From sequence record LC727695.1: DNA of 64,000 bases; one strand, 5' to 3'. Within the stretch, counting starts at the first letter, position 1. Every line of letters begins with the position of its first letter. The notes beneath the pieces were generated by a model. The model searched no databases and was not told where the DNA came from. It saw nothing but the letters and a program-made list of their open reading frames with translations. Position numbers and translations under genes: made by a program. Below are positions 45,995 through 55,986 of this stretch, in pieces.

Positions 45995-47509
45995 ATGTTT
46001 GAGTTATTGTTGTCTTCTGGACTAACAAATACGCCTATATATTCCGATCCTTATCCAGGTCCTAAAACACTGATAGCTGGGACAAGGGAATTAGGTTTGT
46101 ATGGTGAAACAACATCTTCAGAATTATTTGGTTATGATGATGCAGCTAAATTAGTTAATATGACATTTGGAACAGTAATCAATGATGGACAACCATGGTT
46201 AAAGTTCTCTAATAAAAATGTTACTTGTTACATACCAAAGAAACCAGCTCGTAAATCAATACAAAAATCACGGCTTAATAATGCCGGACTCCGTAATGGT
46301 GACTATGAAGTTAGATTTATGGGGAACATTTATAAATTTGGTTTATTAACAATGGCTGGTGCCACATCAGAATGGCAAAGGTTACTTTATAATGTTCACG
46401 TATCTAATTTAAATGGTGCTAACTGGCCTTATAAATTTACAGATAATGACTTAGGTATTAACCAAGCGGTCGCTGGTGGTATTAGCACTGATGGTACTAC
46501 TAACTGGGGAAGAGACCCAGGTAGTGATCCAGTTAATGACCAGCTCTATCGTGGCTACTATGCGATTGATATAACTAGCTCGTCAAGTAGTGAAACGGGT
46601 GCTGCAACCCAAGGTTGGCGTCCAGTGGTTTATGCTAGTGGTACATATCCATTCGTTAAAGATAATGTTATTAAACTTACTGATTTTGAAACTGATAACG
46701 AAATGGCAGCAGGTGCCCAAATAGGTAACTTAGTCTATTATTACGGTGGTAAGAATAATGCTAATACTGCTCTACGTACACTGAATTTAGTCACGGGTAA
46801 GTTAACAACATTACAACCAACTGGTACGCCTATAGCAGTTAAACAATGCTCGGCTGTTGCATTTAATGGTAAAGTATATTTCTATGGTGGTGAAAGTGCC
46901 ACAGATGGTGTACTTACTAAAGATATGCAGTGTTATGATCCTGCAACTAATACATGGGAAATAAAATCACCAGGCACGATAGCTTGCCGGTATGCACGTG
47001 GAACTAGTCTTAATGGGTTAATCTACATATTAGGTGCAGCTGATACAACTGCGACAAATAATCGTGGATTTACATTAATGTACAATCCAACTACAGATAC
47101 ATATACCAGTGGTGCAGCATTTAATGATACTGGGGAATATACCCAAGATTATTCAGTGAGTATTTATAATAATAGCGTATGCGTTATTGGTGGTACGGTT
47201 GGTGCTGGTGTTAATACTGGAATCATATCGTACAATCAAACCAACAATAATTGGTCCAAACCAATAACTACAGGTATACCTCTTGGTGCAGCTATTAATA
47301 TACGCCCATCTGGTGAACTTTATGTAATCGCTGGTGAAAATCAAAATAACGCACCAATTAAGTATTATGAACCACGATTAGCACGATGGATAAATTTAGG
47401 TAATTTAGAAACTGGTTTAGTGGATGCAGGTTTTGCCAATACGTTTAATAATGACGGTAAGATTTATGTTCTAAACGGTAATCAGAATTTAAAATACCAA
47501 ATTAGTTAA
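45995..47509 (+). CDS. Virion-type protein with a C-terminal six-blade Kelch beta-propeller (gp83-like)
   Basis: Repeats LVYYYGG, KVYFYGG, LIYILGA, VCVIGG, LYVIAG and IYVLNG with Kelch spacing. Confidence 0.8.
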   Translation: MFELLLSSGLTNTPIYSDPYPGPKTLIAGTRELGLYGETTSSELFGYDDAAKLVNMTFGTVINDGQPWLKFSNKNVTCYIPKKPARKSIQKSRLNNAGLRNGDYEVRFMGNIYKFGLLTMAGATSEWQRLLYNVHVSNLNGANWPYKFTDNDLGINQAVAGGISTDGTTNWGRDPGSDPVNDQLYRGYYAIDITSSSSSETGAATQGWRPVVYASGTYPFVKDNVIKLTDFETDNEMAAGAQIGNLVYYYGGKNNANTALRTLNLVTGKLTTLQPTGTPIAVKQCSAVAFNGKVYFYGGESATDGVLTKDMQCYDPATNTWEIKSPGTIACRYARGTSLNGLIYILGAADTTATNNRGFTLMYNPTTDTYTSGAAFNDTGEYTQDYSVSIYNNSVCVIGGTVGAGVNTGIISYNQTNNNWSKPITTGIPLGAAINIRPSGELYVIAGENQNNAPIKYYEPRLARWINLGNLETGLVDAGFANTFNNDGKIYVLNGNQNLKYQIS

Positions 47510-47515
47510 CGAAAT

Positions 47516-47540
47516 AAACCCTCCCGTAATGGGAGGGTTT
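47516..47540. terminator. Bidirectional terminator
   Basis: AAACCCTCCC-gtaat-GGGAGGGTTT. Confidence 0.85.
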
Positions 47541-47612
47541 TATGATGTGTCGAAGTTTATGTTAGCAGTAATGATCAATTGATAATATTTAATTAGGAAT
47601 ACCTTCCATTTT

Positions 47613-47981
47613 TTAATATCCTTCATTAAGTAGTTCTGCTAGAGCACGTGCCTGTGAAATATCAGTAGAAGCAAAAACATCAGAAAGATAGTTATCATGT
47701 TCTTTTGCATTCTGACGCAATTCATCCATTAGATGTTTATTAGATACCGCCCATACTTTCCACAGATTTTTATAATCATCATATTTGGGATTATACCCGT
47801 CTAGTGGTGGTTTTCCTTTACCAGCTTTCCAATGGTTGGAGTATATGCGATATCCTTTACAATCTAACTGCCAAGCTTCCTCAATTGTTCTGCCATCAGG
47901 AAGCCTTGCGTAAAGAGCCGAGAATCTTTTGTCACCAACAGATGAACATTCATATCCTCCTCGGCGCTTCCACTGATATAT
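47613..47981 (-). CDS. Unannotated 122 aa protein, possibly NADAR-like, with ATA at the expected start (non-canonical start or recent pseudogene)
   Basis: Open frame (M)YQWKRRGGYECSSVGDKRFSALYARLPDGRTIEEAWQLDCKGY...SQARALAELLNEGY*. The first codon overlaps the upstream TAA as TAATA instead of the usual TAATG. Confidence 0.65.
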   Translation of the reverse strand: MYQWKRRGGYECSSVGDKRFSALYARLPDGRTIEEAWQLDCKGYRIYSNHWKAGKGKPPLDGYNPKYDDYKNLWKVWAVSNKHLMDELRQNAKEHDNYLSDVFASTDISQARALAELLNEGY

Positions 47982-49897
47982 TACTTTGGGTTCTTATAGG
48001 TATTAATAAACTTCTCTAGCAGGGTGTCCATTTTAGGAGCACCCATGATCTTCTGTGTGATTTCAATAGCATTAACCCTACCACCTGTTAAGTTTACGCC
48101 AACTTCACGGCGATGGTGTTCACTAATTCCTTCCATCATTGAGAATTCCATCACACATGTTTCACGTGCAATATTTAGAATCTGACTAACGTTAGGATAT
48201 GTCGACACGATGTCAAGGTCGGCGATATGACAGAAGATTAAGGTTTTATAATTCGGTAAATCTTTAACACACTGCAATCCATTTGGACCTGCCATGTATG
48301 ATGGTAGTGTAACAATCCAATCATTATGGCCAATAACATATTGATCAAGTTCATGCACCATCTGATCTGAACTTGAACCAATGACACATGGCTCTGGTCT
48401 ATTCAAATACCAGAAGTGCATATCGTCACATAGTCGTTTTGGGTTAGAACTAAAGTTCTTATAGTCAGATGCCTTAGAGAATAGACTTATAGAGCGACCA
48501 AGGTCATTTACTTGTTCATCAAGTTGTTCTAGTCGAATGGAGTCGATGATGTTATAAAGACCATATTTGATTTTATGCTTAGTCTGCATCTCACGGTGCC
48601 AATCGATACCACCAAGATGTGCAGTTTCTTTAAAGGTTAACTTACCAAATTCCATTACATATCTAATAGAATCACCATAGGTAAAGTTATCATTTAATAT
48701 AAAATCATCCACCGGTACCCATTCATTACTACCTACATTTTTAATATATTTAGTAATAACGCCGCCTGGTCGGTCAACTAGTTGTTTATTAAAACCTTCA
48801 ATAAAATCTTCTAAGTCCTTATCATTTTTAATGGTCGTGGATTTATCGATGTTTAGTTCTTTTCTAAGAATAGACTCTAACCGATAGTTAGGATCACGTC
48901 CTTTAGCTAATCGAGTTACTCGATAAGTTGACATAGAATCGATACATTGAAAACTAGAGGGTGCTGTAATCCAATGCCATTGATCCTCCGGTCCTTTAGA
49001 TTTAGTGACCCCAGATGCAGTGGTGGTCATAGGTTCATCAATCTTAAAATGGAAATACCTATAATTCTTAGGTACCGATGGATCAGAAAAAACATCAGCT
49101 GGATTAACACCATAGTGTTCTAATGTTTTTAAGATTCTACCAATGTCGAAGCTAATATTCCAGAATGCGAAGAAATCTGGTTTCCAGGTATGTAGTCGTT
49201 TAAAACATTCAATAATAATATCTACTGGTGTTTCAACAACCATTACTTCAATATCTAGACCACGTTCTTTAATTAGATGTGATAATACCTCTTCTTTTTG
49301 TGCTTGTTCTAATGTCTCTTTCACTGGATCTTCAATATCACTAACCCATCGTTTTAAATAGGCTAAGAAAGCTTTGTTCTTATGTGTAACTGACATACAG
49401 ATAATCTGACCATCGTTCTCAGCTTCATAAACGTTGGTTTCGATGTCACCGCCAGCAACAGTGTTTAGAGAGATTAGACCAGGATAACGTTCTTGATAAT
49501 CATGCTTCAGATAACAGGTTGAACTAACATCACTGCCATATAGGTAAGGACTACGCGCTAGTTGACGAAGAGATCTAGCCGAATAGTCACCTAGGATTTT
49601 ACTAATCTTACGTTTCATATCAATTTGAGTTGACATGTATTTAACTAAGTTACGCTCATATTCGTAATCTTTCTTTTCTTTATGGTTACGCATTCCTTTT
49701 GAGGTAATCCAAAAAGGACGCTGGTAGTTTTCCCACATCCTTAAATTATTTGCAGTTGTACCATCTTCAAAATGAATTCGTTCTTTAACGAAATGCGCAT
49801 CTGTAAACTTACCAAATTGATCAGTACAATAAGTAATATGTTTGGCTTCAATGCCCTTAATCTTTTTCTTATTTGTAACCTGTTGTTCATTAGACAT
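47981..49897 (-). CDS. Split family B DNA polymerase subunit: 3'-5' exonuclease plus motif A (gp82-like)
   Basis: ExoI GDIET, ExoII FWNISFDI, ExoIII YNIIDS and polymerase motif A DIVSTYP are present. Motifs B and C are absent. Confidence 0.85.
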   Translation of the reverse strand: MSNEQQVTNKKKIKGIEAKHITYCTDQFGKFTDAHFVKERIHFEDGTTANNLRMWENYQRPFWITSKGMRNHKEKKDYEYERNLVKYMSTQIDMKRKISKILGDYSARSLRQLARSPYLYGSDVSSTCYLKHDYQERYPGLISLNTVAGGDIETNVYEAENDGQIICMSVTHKNKAFLAYLKRWVSDIEDPVKETLEQAQKEEVLSHLIKERGLDIEVMVVETPVDIIIECFKRLHTWKPDFFAFWNISFDIGRILKTLEHYGVNPADVFSDPSVPKNYRYFHFKIDEPMTTTASGVTKSKGPEDQWHWITAPSSFQCIDSMSTYRVTRLAKGRDPNYRLESILRKELNIDKSTTIKNDKDLEDFIEGFNKQLVDRPGGVITKYIKNVGSNEWVPVDDFILNDNFTYGDSIRYVMEFGKLTFKETAHLGGIDWHREMQTKHKIKYGLYNIIDSIRLEQLDEQVNDLGRSISLFSKASDYKNFSSNPKRLCDDMHFWYLNRPEPCVIGSSSDQMVHELDQYVIGHNDWIVTLPSYMAGPNGLQCVKDLPNYKTLIFCHIADLDIVSTYPNVSQILNIARETCVMEFSMMEGISEHHRREVGVNLTGGRVNAIEITQKIMGAPKMDTLLEKFINTYKNPK

Positions 49898-49973
49898 TGC
49901 TATAACCTCAGCACATATTGATATTTATCTACGTACTATATTAGTGCCTAGTAAAAGTAATAATCAGCATAAA

Positions 49974-49991
49974 GCCTCCCCTAGGGGAGGC
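49974..49991 (-). terminator. Intrinsic terminator
   Basis: GCCTCCC-ctag-GGGAGGC. Confidence 0.8.
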
Positions 49992-49998
49992 GATATGT

Positions 49999-51420
49999 TT
50001 ACATACCAGCTTTCTGCCGGAAGAAGTGTAGAACGAGTTGCCGTTTACCTTCAGGGATGAAACGTGCAAGATAGTTAATATCTACCTGATAAAGCGCATC
50101 TGATACATCACTAGTAAATAGGCAGAATAGAGTAAGAAGATTAATGTGTGCTTCTTGACGGTTATTCTGAGTAGGTAGAGTAGCAACAAAGCGAAGTGCG
50201 TTAGATTCACTAAATAGAGTATTACGATTTTTCTTAACGAAATCAAAGATAATATCCATGCCTGATTTAAAGCCTTCAATATCTTCGATTGTCATTACGT
50301 AGTTGAATACATCATCTAGTTTCTTTTGTGCATCGCCACCACGTTCGATAGTGATATAGTCACCAGGTTTAGCACCAGTGGCAAACTGCTCTAGACGAGA
50401 TTCGATAAATACTTGGTTCATTTTGGTCATACCTTTACGAAGTACAGGTTCATTAGATGTTGATTCACTATTCAAGATTTTAACTTCCCCGGTTGGTTTA
50501 ATATCATCTTTACCAGAGAATACTTTCCATTGTTCAACAATAGTTTCAATATCTTGACTAGTGGTAGGTAAGAATAAACGATCGCGTAACTCAATAGCAA
50601 TTTTAAAATCTTTTATCAGATTACTATTTTTAATAAGTCCTTCAGCCCAGTCTTCAAGCTCTGCTGTCGTCCAATCGGTAGGTGGAGCATTATCACGAAT
50701 AACACTATTAACCCAACTACCACGTAGTGTTTTTGGTGGAGTAATACCTTGTTTAACAAAATCAACCACTTCTTGGGTAGACCAATCTAGTGGAATATCA
50801 CTAGTGTGAATACGCAGTTGCTTGACTAATTCTTCAAGCTTGATACTGTCTTCAGTATTGCGAATATCTTGTTTCAGAGTATCTTCATTAACTACCGGTA
50901 CAATTACTTCCTCAGTAGTCTCATTCTCTTTAGCCCTTTTAGTTAAAATATCATCAGCAATATCGGCAATATCATTAACTACACCAGTTAGACGATGGTT
51001 AGCAGCATCGATTAGTTCATCATCTGACCATTCATCATAAGGACGATATTTACGGGTTGGGTCAAATACAAAGCTACCGAGTTCAGTTTTACCTTTAGCA
51101 ATGCCATCATTGGTAAACCATTCAATGACATTTTCATCTGTCCATGTTTCAGGAATATCATAGCCAGTACGCAGTGCATCTACGTTAACTTTAGCTAATT
51201 CTGAAGTATCGTTAACTGCATTAACTGATGAATTAATATCATCTGCTGTAGCATATACTTCCTCAGGAGATACTAATTCAATATTTGTTAATCCTCGACC
51301 AATTTCAGAAGTTGGCTTTTCTTCAGTTTCTTCTGATAAAACTTCGTCTTTGACAATGGGTTTTTCAGGTAAACGATTGAGTTGAGGAAACTTTCCAAAT
51401 CGTTGATTCTTTTTAGACAT
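49999..51420 (-). CDS. Hypothetical protein with an internal tandem Trp-containing repeat (gp81-like)
   Basis: 473 aa with two ~63 aa repeats, DIPxxW(T/S)xxxV...KTxxGSxV...WxxxELxD. Confidence 0.75.
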   Translation of the reverse strand: MSKKNQRFGKFPQLNRLPEKPIVKDEVLSEETEEKPTSEIGRGLTNIELVSPEEVYATADDINSSVNAVNDTSELAKVNVDALRTGYDIPETWTDENVIEWFTNDGIAKGKTELGSFVFDPTRKYRPYDEWSDDELIDAANHRLTGVVNDIADIADDILTKRAKENETTEEVIVPVVNEDTLKQDIRNTEDSIKLEELVKQLRIHTSDIPLDWSTQEVVDFVKQGITPPKTLRGSWVNSVIRDNAPPTDWTTAELEDWAEGLIKNSNLIKDFKIAIELRDRLFLPTTSQDIETIVEQWKVFSGKDDIKPTGEVKILNSESTSNEPVLRKGMTKMNQVFIESRLEQFATGAKPGDYITIERGGDAQKKLDDVFNYVMTIEDIEGFKSGMDIIFDFVKKNRNTLFSESNALRFVATLPTQNNRQEAHINLLTLFCLFTSDVSDALYQVDINYLARFIPEGKRQLVLHFFRQKAGM

Positions 51421-51482
51421 TACTAGTTCCTTTCTGGTTATAATCTAAATAATGGAGAAGCTGAGTAACTTCTCCATCTATT

Positions 51483-52841
51483 TTAACTGATGCGATCGCG
51501 ATAAGACCATTTAACAGTCTTAAGAACAGCACTGTGCATTTTAGACATGAAGATGGATAGGAATCGACCACCAACACCTGCCGCTGCTGCTGGGATGCCA
51601 TTAGGGTTCTCTGACATTTGTTTACCCATACAGACAGCGCATACGTTCTTACCTCTACCTATTACACCATTAGCTGGATCACCACCGGCCTTACATGTCA
51701 TTGGACCACGTAGTTCAATCTCAGTGCCAACTAGTTCATCAATGTTAGTTTCTTCAATAAGGATAGATTTCCCATTCTTAACATAAGACAAGCCAATGAA
51801 ATCTTTCTTATTAAATTGGTGAACAGTAGTTGGAATACCTATCCATGTGTTGCAGTCTTCCATAATAATCCTGACTGTACCAACCATTCGATAAATCGTT
51901 TTAGTTGACTCACCGCCAAGGGCTGTTTGTGCACCACGGTTATATGAGCCATAACGTAATGAGTTATTCATTACTGGCATATGGTCAGTGTCAATGCCTT
52001 CTTCCAATGATTTACCGATATATTCAACTGACGTACCATCTTGGAATGGCGCTTCCCCACCAAACATACCAAATACTTTCTTACGCACGCCACCAAATAA
52101 TTTACTATGTTTAGTGTCATAGAACTCATAAGAAGGATCGTCTTTTAGATAGTCCTCATCTAGCTTGATTAATGCATTACCCATCTCTGCAATAACAGCC
52201 GGATCATCTAACCGATCTTTATATTTCTCTTCTAGTTCTTTGCGTAACTTATCTCTGTCTGGTGCAGAGGTCATTGATTTCTCAGTAATGGATGTTACCA
52301 AGGTACTAGCATATGCTGGCAATGCTAAACAATGATCTGCAAACATCCGATATTGCCATACATATAACTTACCATCAGTTGCACGCGGTGGATTATCATC
52401 ATCAATTGGATCATCGATCATGCGGTTAAGAATTTCTTTCTCAACTTTACCAATATCGAAATAACCAGATTGGAATGGGAACAGATCACCGAAAGGTAAA
52501 CATAATACTAAATGGTTAACAAAAACGTTACCATAAGTTGTTCTTAATGCACCTGGTCCTTTATAGTTTTCAATTTCACCAGGTTGTAAAATGAATTCAT
52601 CTCGAAATGCTAATGGTTGTTTACCTTCAATATAATCGTCGATATAAACAACTTCATCATTAGAATCGCCTTCTTTATAGAAGAACATTTTACCATCTTT
52701 GAAATATGGCTTGTATAGATATTCACCACCATCATTTGGGTTATAAACGATATTAAATAAAACGTTAACCCATGCTCGTTTCTTATCTAATCCAGCATTG
52801 ATACCCATTAGAAAATAATCACGTAATTTCATTAGTATCAC
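51483..52841 (-). CDS. Virion RNA polymerase beta'-like subunit (gp80-like)
   Basis: SYNRGAQTALGGESTKTIYR, EDC, RGPMTC and VCAVCMG are beta' Zn-site and bridge-region-like motifs. Confidence 0.85.
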   Translation of the reverse strand: MILMKLRDYFLMGINAGLDKKRAWVNVLFNIVYNPNDGGEYLYKPYFKDGKMFFYKEGDSNDEVVYIDDYIEGKQPLAFRDEFILQPGEIENYKGPGALRTTYGNVFVNHLVLCLPFGDLFPFQSGYFDIGKVEKEILNRMIDDPIDDDNPPRATDGKLYVWQYRMFADHCLALPAYASTLVTSITEKSMTSAPDRDKLRKELEEKYKDRLDDPAVIAEMGNALIKLDEDYLKDDPSYEFYDTKHSKLFGGVRKKVFGMFGGEAPFQDGTSVEYIGKSLEEGIDTDHMPVMNNSLRYGSYNRGAQTALGGESTKTIYRMVGTVRIIMEDCNTWIGIPTTVHQFNKKDFIGLSYVKNGKSILIEETNIDELVGTEIELRGPMTCKAGGDPANGVIGRGKNVCAVCMGKQMSENPNGIPAAAAGVGGRFLSIFMSKMHSAVLKTVKWSYRDRIS

Positions 52842-53709
52842 CTATGCTATTTAAAATCTTTTTAGCTTCATTTTCCATAATAGATCGTTCAATATTGTTA
52901 GATGTGAAATCATCTATAATACCCATTACCGTTCTACTAATTTCATTCTGTTCAGTATTTGAAATTAATACCAATCCGACAATTTCTTTAGCAACTTCAA
53001 TAGGCGTCATAGCATCTAATGGGCCAAATGAAATTTGTAATAGGTCATCAATATTCCTTTTACCAACACGTAATCCTGCATTAACTAGTTCCATAGCTAA
53101 CTTAAATGATGCGCGCGTATGAATACGAATAAGGCGATTAATTAAATTAATCCGTTCAACATTACTTACATTGCCATATGCTTGACCACGGGTAGTAAGT
53201 ACTGACTGAATAAATGATGTAATATTACTAATAAGTGTTGGCGATACACTTTCAATTAAGTCAATGATATTTAAGAAATCTACACTTGTATCAATAAGTT
53301 CTACCAGATGCGCTAATGTCTCTTCGGGTGAATATTCAGCTAACAGAATATCATTCACTTCATCTGGAATAATGTAATCTTCTAAACTAAGGAGTGTATT
53401 AACAACAGCTTGCCGCTCAGCCTGAGTTGCTTCATCACTAATTTTAATAAGATGCTCATTTAGAATTTCATCTTGTGCAATGCGAATGATATCATCAATG
53501 CGAGAAAGAAGCATTGCATTATCTGAGATACCTGATTGAATCTGACATACTGTATTTAGTTCATCTAGAGCTGCAACATAATTAATCTTTTCAAAAGATG
53601 CTACGCAGTCTAGGATAACTTCTTTACGCTCTTCATGTATAAGAGGCGTAAGATAACTATCAATGAAATCTTTCATGACGATATCCTTTTTATACGGAAT
53701 TATTAACAT
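52819..53709 (-). CDS. Conserved protein (gp79-like)
   Basis: 296 aa, helical, overlaps the vRNAP subunit start. The true start is probably MKDFI. Confidence 0.7.
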   Translation of the reverse strand: MLIIPYKKDIVMKDFIDSYLTPLIHEERKEVILDCVASFEKINYVAALDELNTVCQIQSGISDNAMLLSRIDDIIRIAQDEILNEHLIKISDEATQAERQAVVNTLLSLEDYIIPDEVNDILLAEYSPEETLAHLVELIDTSVDFLNIIDLIESVSPTLISNITSFIQSVLTTRGQAYGNVSNVERINLINRLIRIHTRASFKLAMELVNAGLRVGKRNIDDLLQISFGPLDAMTPIEVAKEIVGLVLISNTEQNEISRTVMGIIDDFTSNNIERSIMENEAKKILNSIGDTNEIT

Positions 53710-53846
53710 AGGGTTGGACAGATAGTTATTCTTTAATATAGTGTAAAATTACCAAATGTGTTAAATATATGTTGAACTAATCATTTTTTCATTTGTCAAT
53801 TTATATTGGCAAATATTAAATTAAGCCTCTATCGGAGTATAACAAG

Positions 53847-54341
53847 ATGTCAAATAAAGCTAAAGAACCAACTCTAACTAAAGAACAGGAAAAGACTCTA
53901 CGTCTATTTGAACGTGCAGTTGGAGCATCAGCTGCCGCAGCTGATCATATTCTTAACCGTGATGGTTGGGATGTTGTCAATGTACTAGCAGGTTCCGTAG
54001 GTAAACGTATTCTACAAACTGAAGTATTCATTAATCCAGTTATCAATAAGATCAATGAAATCATTCCGACGTTATCTGATCCTACTGGATTCCAAAAGAA
54101 CCTACAAACAGTTATTGCTGACCTTAATCGACTAACTAAAATTATCAGTGTCCTATATGCACAACATCAAGGTAAGGCTGGTCCAGCAAATAATGAAGAT
54201 GAACTAAAACTCATCAGTGAACTTGTTACTAAATACACTGGTATTGAAGGTGCTATTGAACGCGGTATTGATGGTGTAATCCTAGCGATGATCGGCACTC
54301 TTCGAGAAGCTGGTTGGGACGAAAAACTAATTCAACAATAA
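53847..54341 (+). CDS. Hypothetical protein (gp78-like)
   Basis: 164 aa with a GGAG RBS. Confidence 0.75.
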   Translation: MSNKAKEPTLTKEQEKTLRLFERAVGASAAAADHILNRDGWDVVNVLAGSVGKRILQTEVFINPVINKINEIIPTLSDPTGFQKNLQTVIADLNRLTKIISVLYAQHQGKAGPANNEDELKLISELVTKYTGIEGAIERGIDGVILAMIGTLREAGWDEKLIQQ

Positions 54342-54352
54342 TGGAGTTTTAA

Positions 54353-55954
54353 ATGGCTACTGCTGACTTCGATAATGAGTACGATGATACTCCAGAAGAG
54401 AATTTACTAGATCAAATTGATGAGATCAATGCGCAACACGATCCTGACTCTAGTATTGAAAATAATGACGAGGTGGAAACTCCACCTTTCGTTCCTGATC
54501 AAAAAGAAATTAAACTACGTATTCCACGTAATGCTAAAACTGGAAATATCCGGGATGCTTCTGAACCGGCTATTAAAGATAGTGCTAGCATTCTTACTTT
54601 ACTACGTGAGAATCCCCAGACTGTTTATAATTTCCTGGATCACAATAAAGAACTATTTAAAGCATTTGCTGATAATAAAGTAGATGACACTAGTGACGGT
54701 GTAAAGTGGACAGCTGCTATTCTGGAAGGCTTAGCTCACTCTATTGTTGAAGATGCACCAATCGGTGCAACTGCCCGAGAAGGTTCTGAATGGTCTAGTG
54801 AAATTCCTTATGGTGAAAAGATCATTCGACCTGGCCGACCTGTATTTAATACCAATGGTCGTAAAATGACCGATGATGAAACTCTAGTTTTCCTAACACG
54901 TAAAGCTAACATCGGTACGCCATATGATACTTTCCTACCTCATTCAGGTATTTGGGTAAAACTACGTGCACCTACTGGTACTGAAGTAGCTGCCCTACAA
55001 GCACGTCTAGCACAATTAAAGATCCGGCTAGGCGCTGAATCAAAAGGTATGCTGTTCTCAAACATGGCAGCTGTGTTACTTAACATGGTTAGTAGTTTAG
55101 CACTTGCATGTGTTATTCAATCCAACTATAAGTTCAACACCCCAACTGATCTAGAGCATGTTATCTCAGTAGCTGATGAGCCGTTCTTGCATCACGCACT
55201 AGCGGCGACTATGTATCCAGATGGATTTAATTATAGTTATCCATGCATTGCAGATGCCAATACATGTAACCATATTGAAACAGCGAAACTTAATATGTCA
55301 ACGCTTGTTCAATATGATCTACTGGCATTCTCAGAAGAACAAAAGAAATATATTGCACGTAAGTTTAATGCATGTACTGAATCTGATCTTAAGACTTATA
55401 AAGAAGGATTCCGTATTGAAACTCAAGTAACTGAAATGTTTGGTGACGTTGGTGTTGTTCTTGAGATGTGTACAATTGCTGATCGCCGAGAGTCTGGTGA
55501 TAGTTGGATTAACTCAATTATCGATATGACTCAAGGTAGTTTTAATGAACCAGTCGATGGTCCGCAACGTTCTCAGTATATTGCACGTTTACAAAAGATC
55601 TCTATTGCCCGTCAGTTCTCACATTTTGTTAAAGAAATTAAAGTACGTGAAGATGACGATGGTGAAAGTTCTGAAGACAATATTCGTACTGCAACCACTA
55701 ATCGTGAAACTATTGAAAAGTTCTTAACTAATATTCTATCCACACCGGAATATAATGACCGCTTTATTAATGCGGTGAGTAACTTCATTGATTCACAACT
55801 AATTGGAATGATTGCAATTACAAGTTGGAATTGTCCAGTATGTGAGTCACCTGCTGCTACTAAATTTAAAGAACGTTTCCCACACTTAATCCCTATTGAC
55901 ATGCTGTCAACTTTTTTTACTTTGGCGGCCTCGAAGTCAAACCGGATGGTGTAG
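54353..55954 (+). CDS. Putative tail/baseplate assembly chaperone (gp77-like) with a C-terminal CPxC motif
   Basis: 533 aa with YPC...C and WNCPVCESP motifs, reminiscent of T4 gp26-type hub chaperones. It ends over a T7 slippery run. Confidence 0.6.
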   Translation: MATADFDNEYDDTPEENLLDQIDEINAQHDPDSSIENNDEVETPPFVPDQKEIKLRIPRNAKTGNIRDASEPAIKDSASILTLLRENPQTVYNFLDHNKELFKAFADNKVDDTSDGVKWTAAILEGLAHSIVEDAPIGATAREGSEWSSEIPYGEKIIRPGRPVFNTNGRKMTDDETLVFLTRKANIGTPYDTFLPHSGIWVKLRAPTGTEVAALQARLAQLKIRLGAESKGMLFSNMAAVLLNMVSSLALACVIQSNYKFNTPTDLEHVISVADEPFLHHALAATMYPDGFNYSYPCIADANTCNHIETAKLNMSTLVQYDLLAFSEEQKKYIARKFNACTESDLKTYKEGFRIETQVTEMFGDVGVVLEMCTIADRRESGDSWINSIIDMTQGSFNEPVDGPQRSQYIARLQKISIARQFSHFVKEIKVREDDDGESSEDNIRTATTNRETIEKFLTNILSTPEYNDRFINAVSNFIDSQLIGMIAITSWNCPVCESPAATKFKERFPHLIPIDMLSTFFTLAASKSNRMV

Positions 55955-55986
55955 TTAATGATCTGAGATATAGTCGTCTTGAGGCC
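55912..55986 (+). promoter_or_regulatory. Candidate -1 programmed ribosomal frameshift signal
   Basis: T TTT TTT at 55912-55918 in the X XXY YYZ register of the gp77-like frame. GGCCTCGA (55927-55934) can pair with TTGAGGCC (55979-55986), starting 8 nt downstream. Confidence 0.6.

Noticed and set aside
51413-52114. Short ORFs 51413..51601, 51547..51786 and 51905..52114
   Set aside because: They lie in alternative frames or antisense within the vRNAP subunit gene and have no independent signals.
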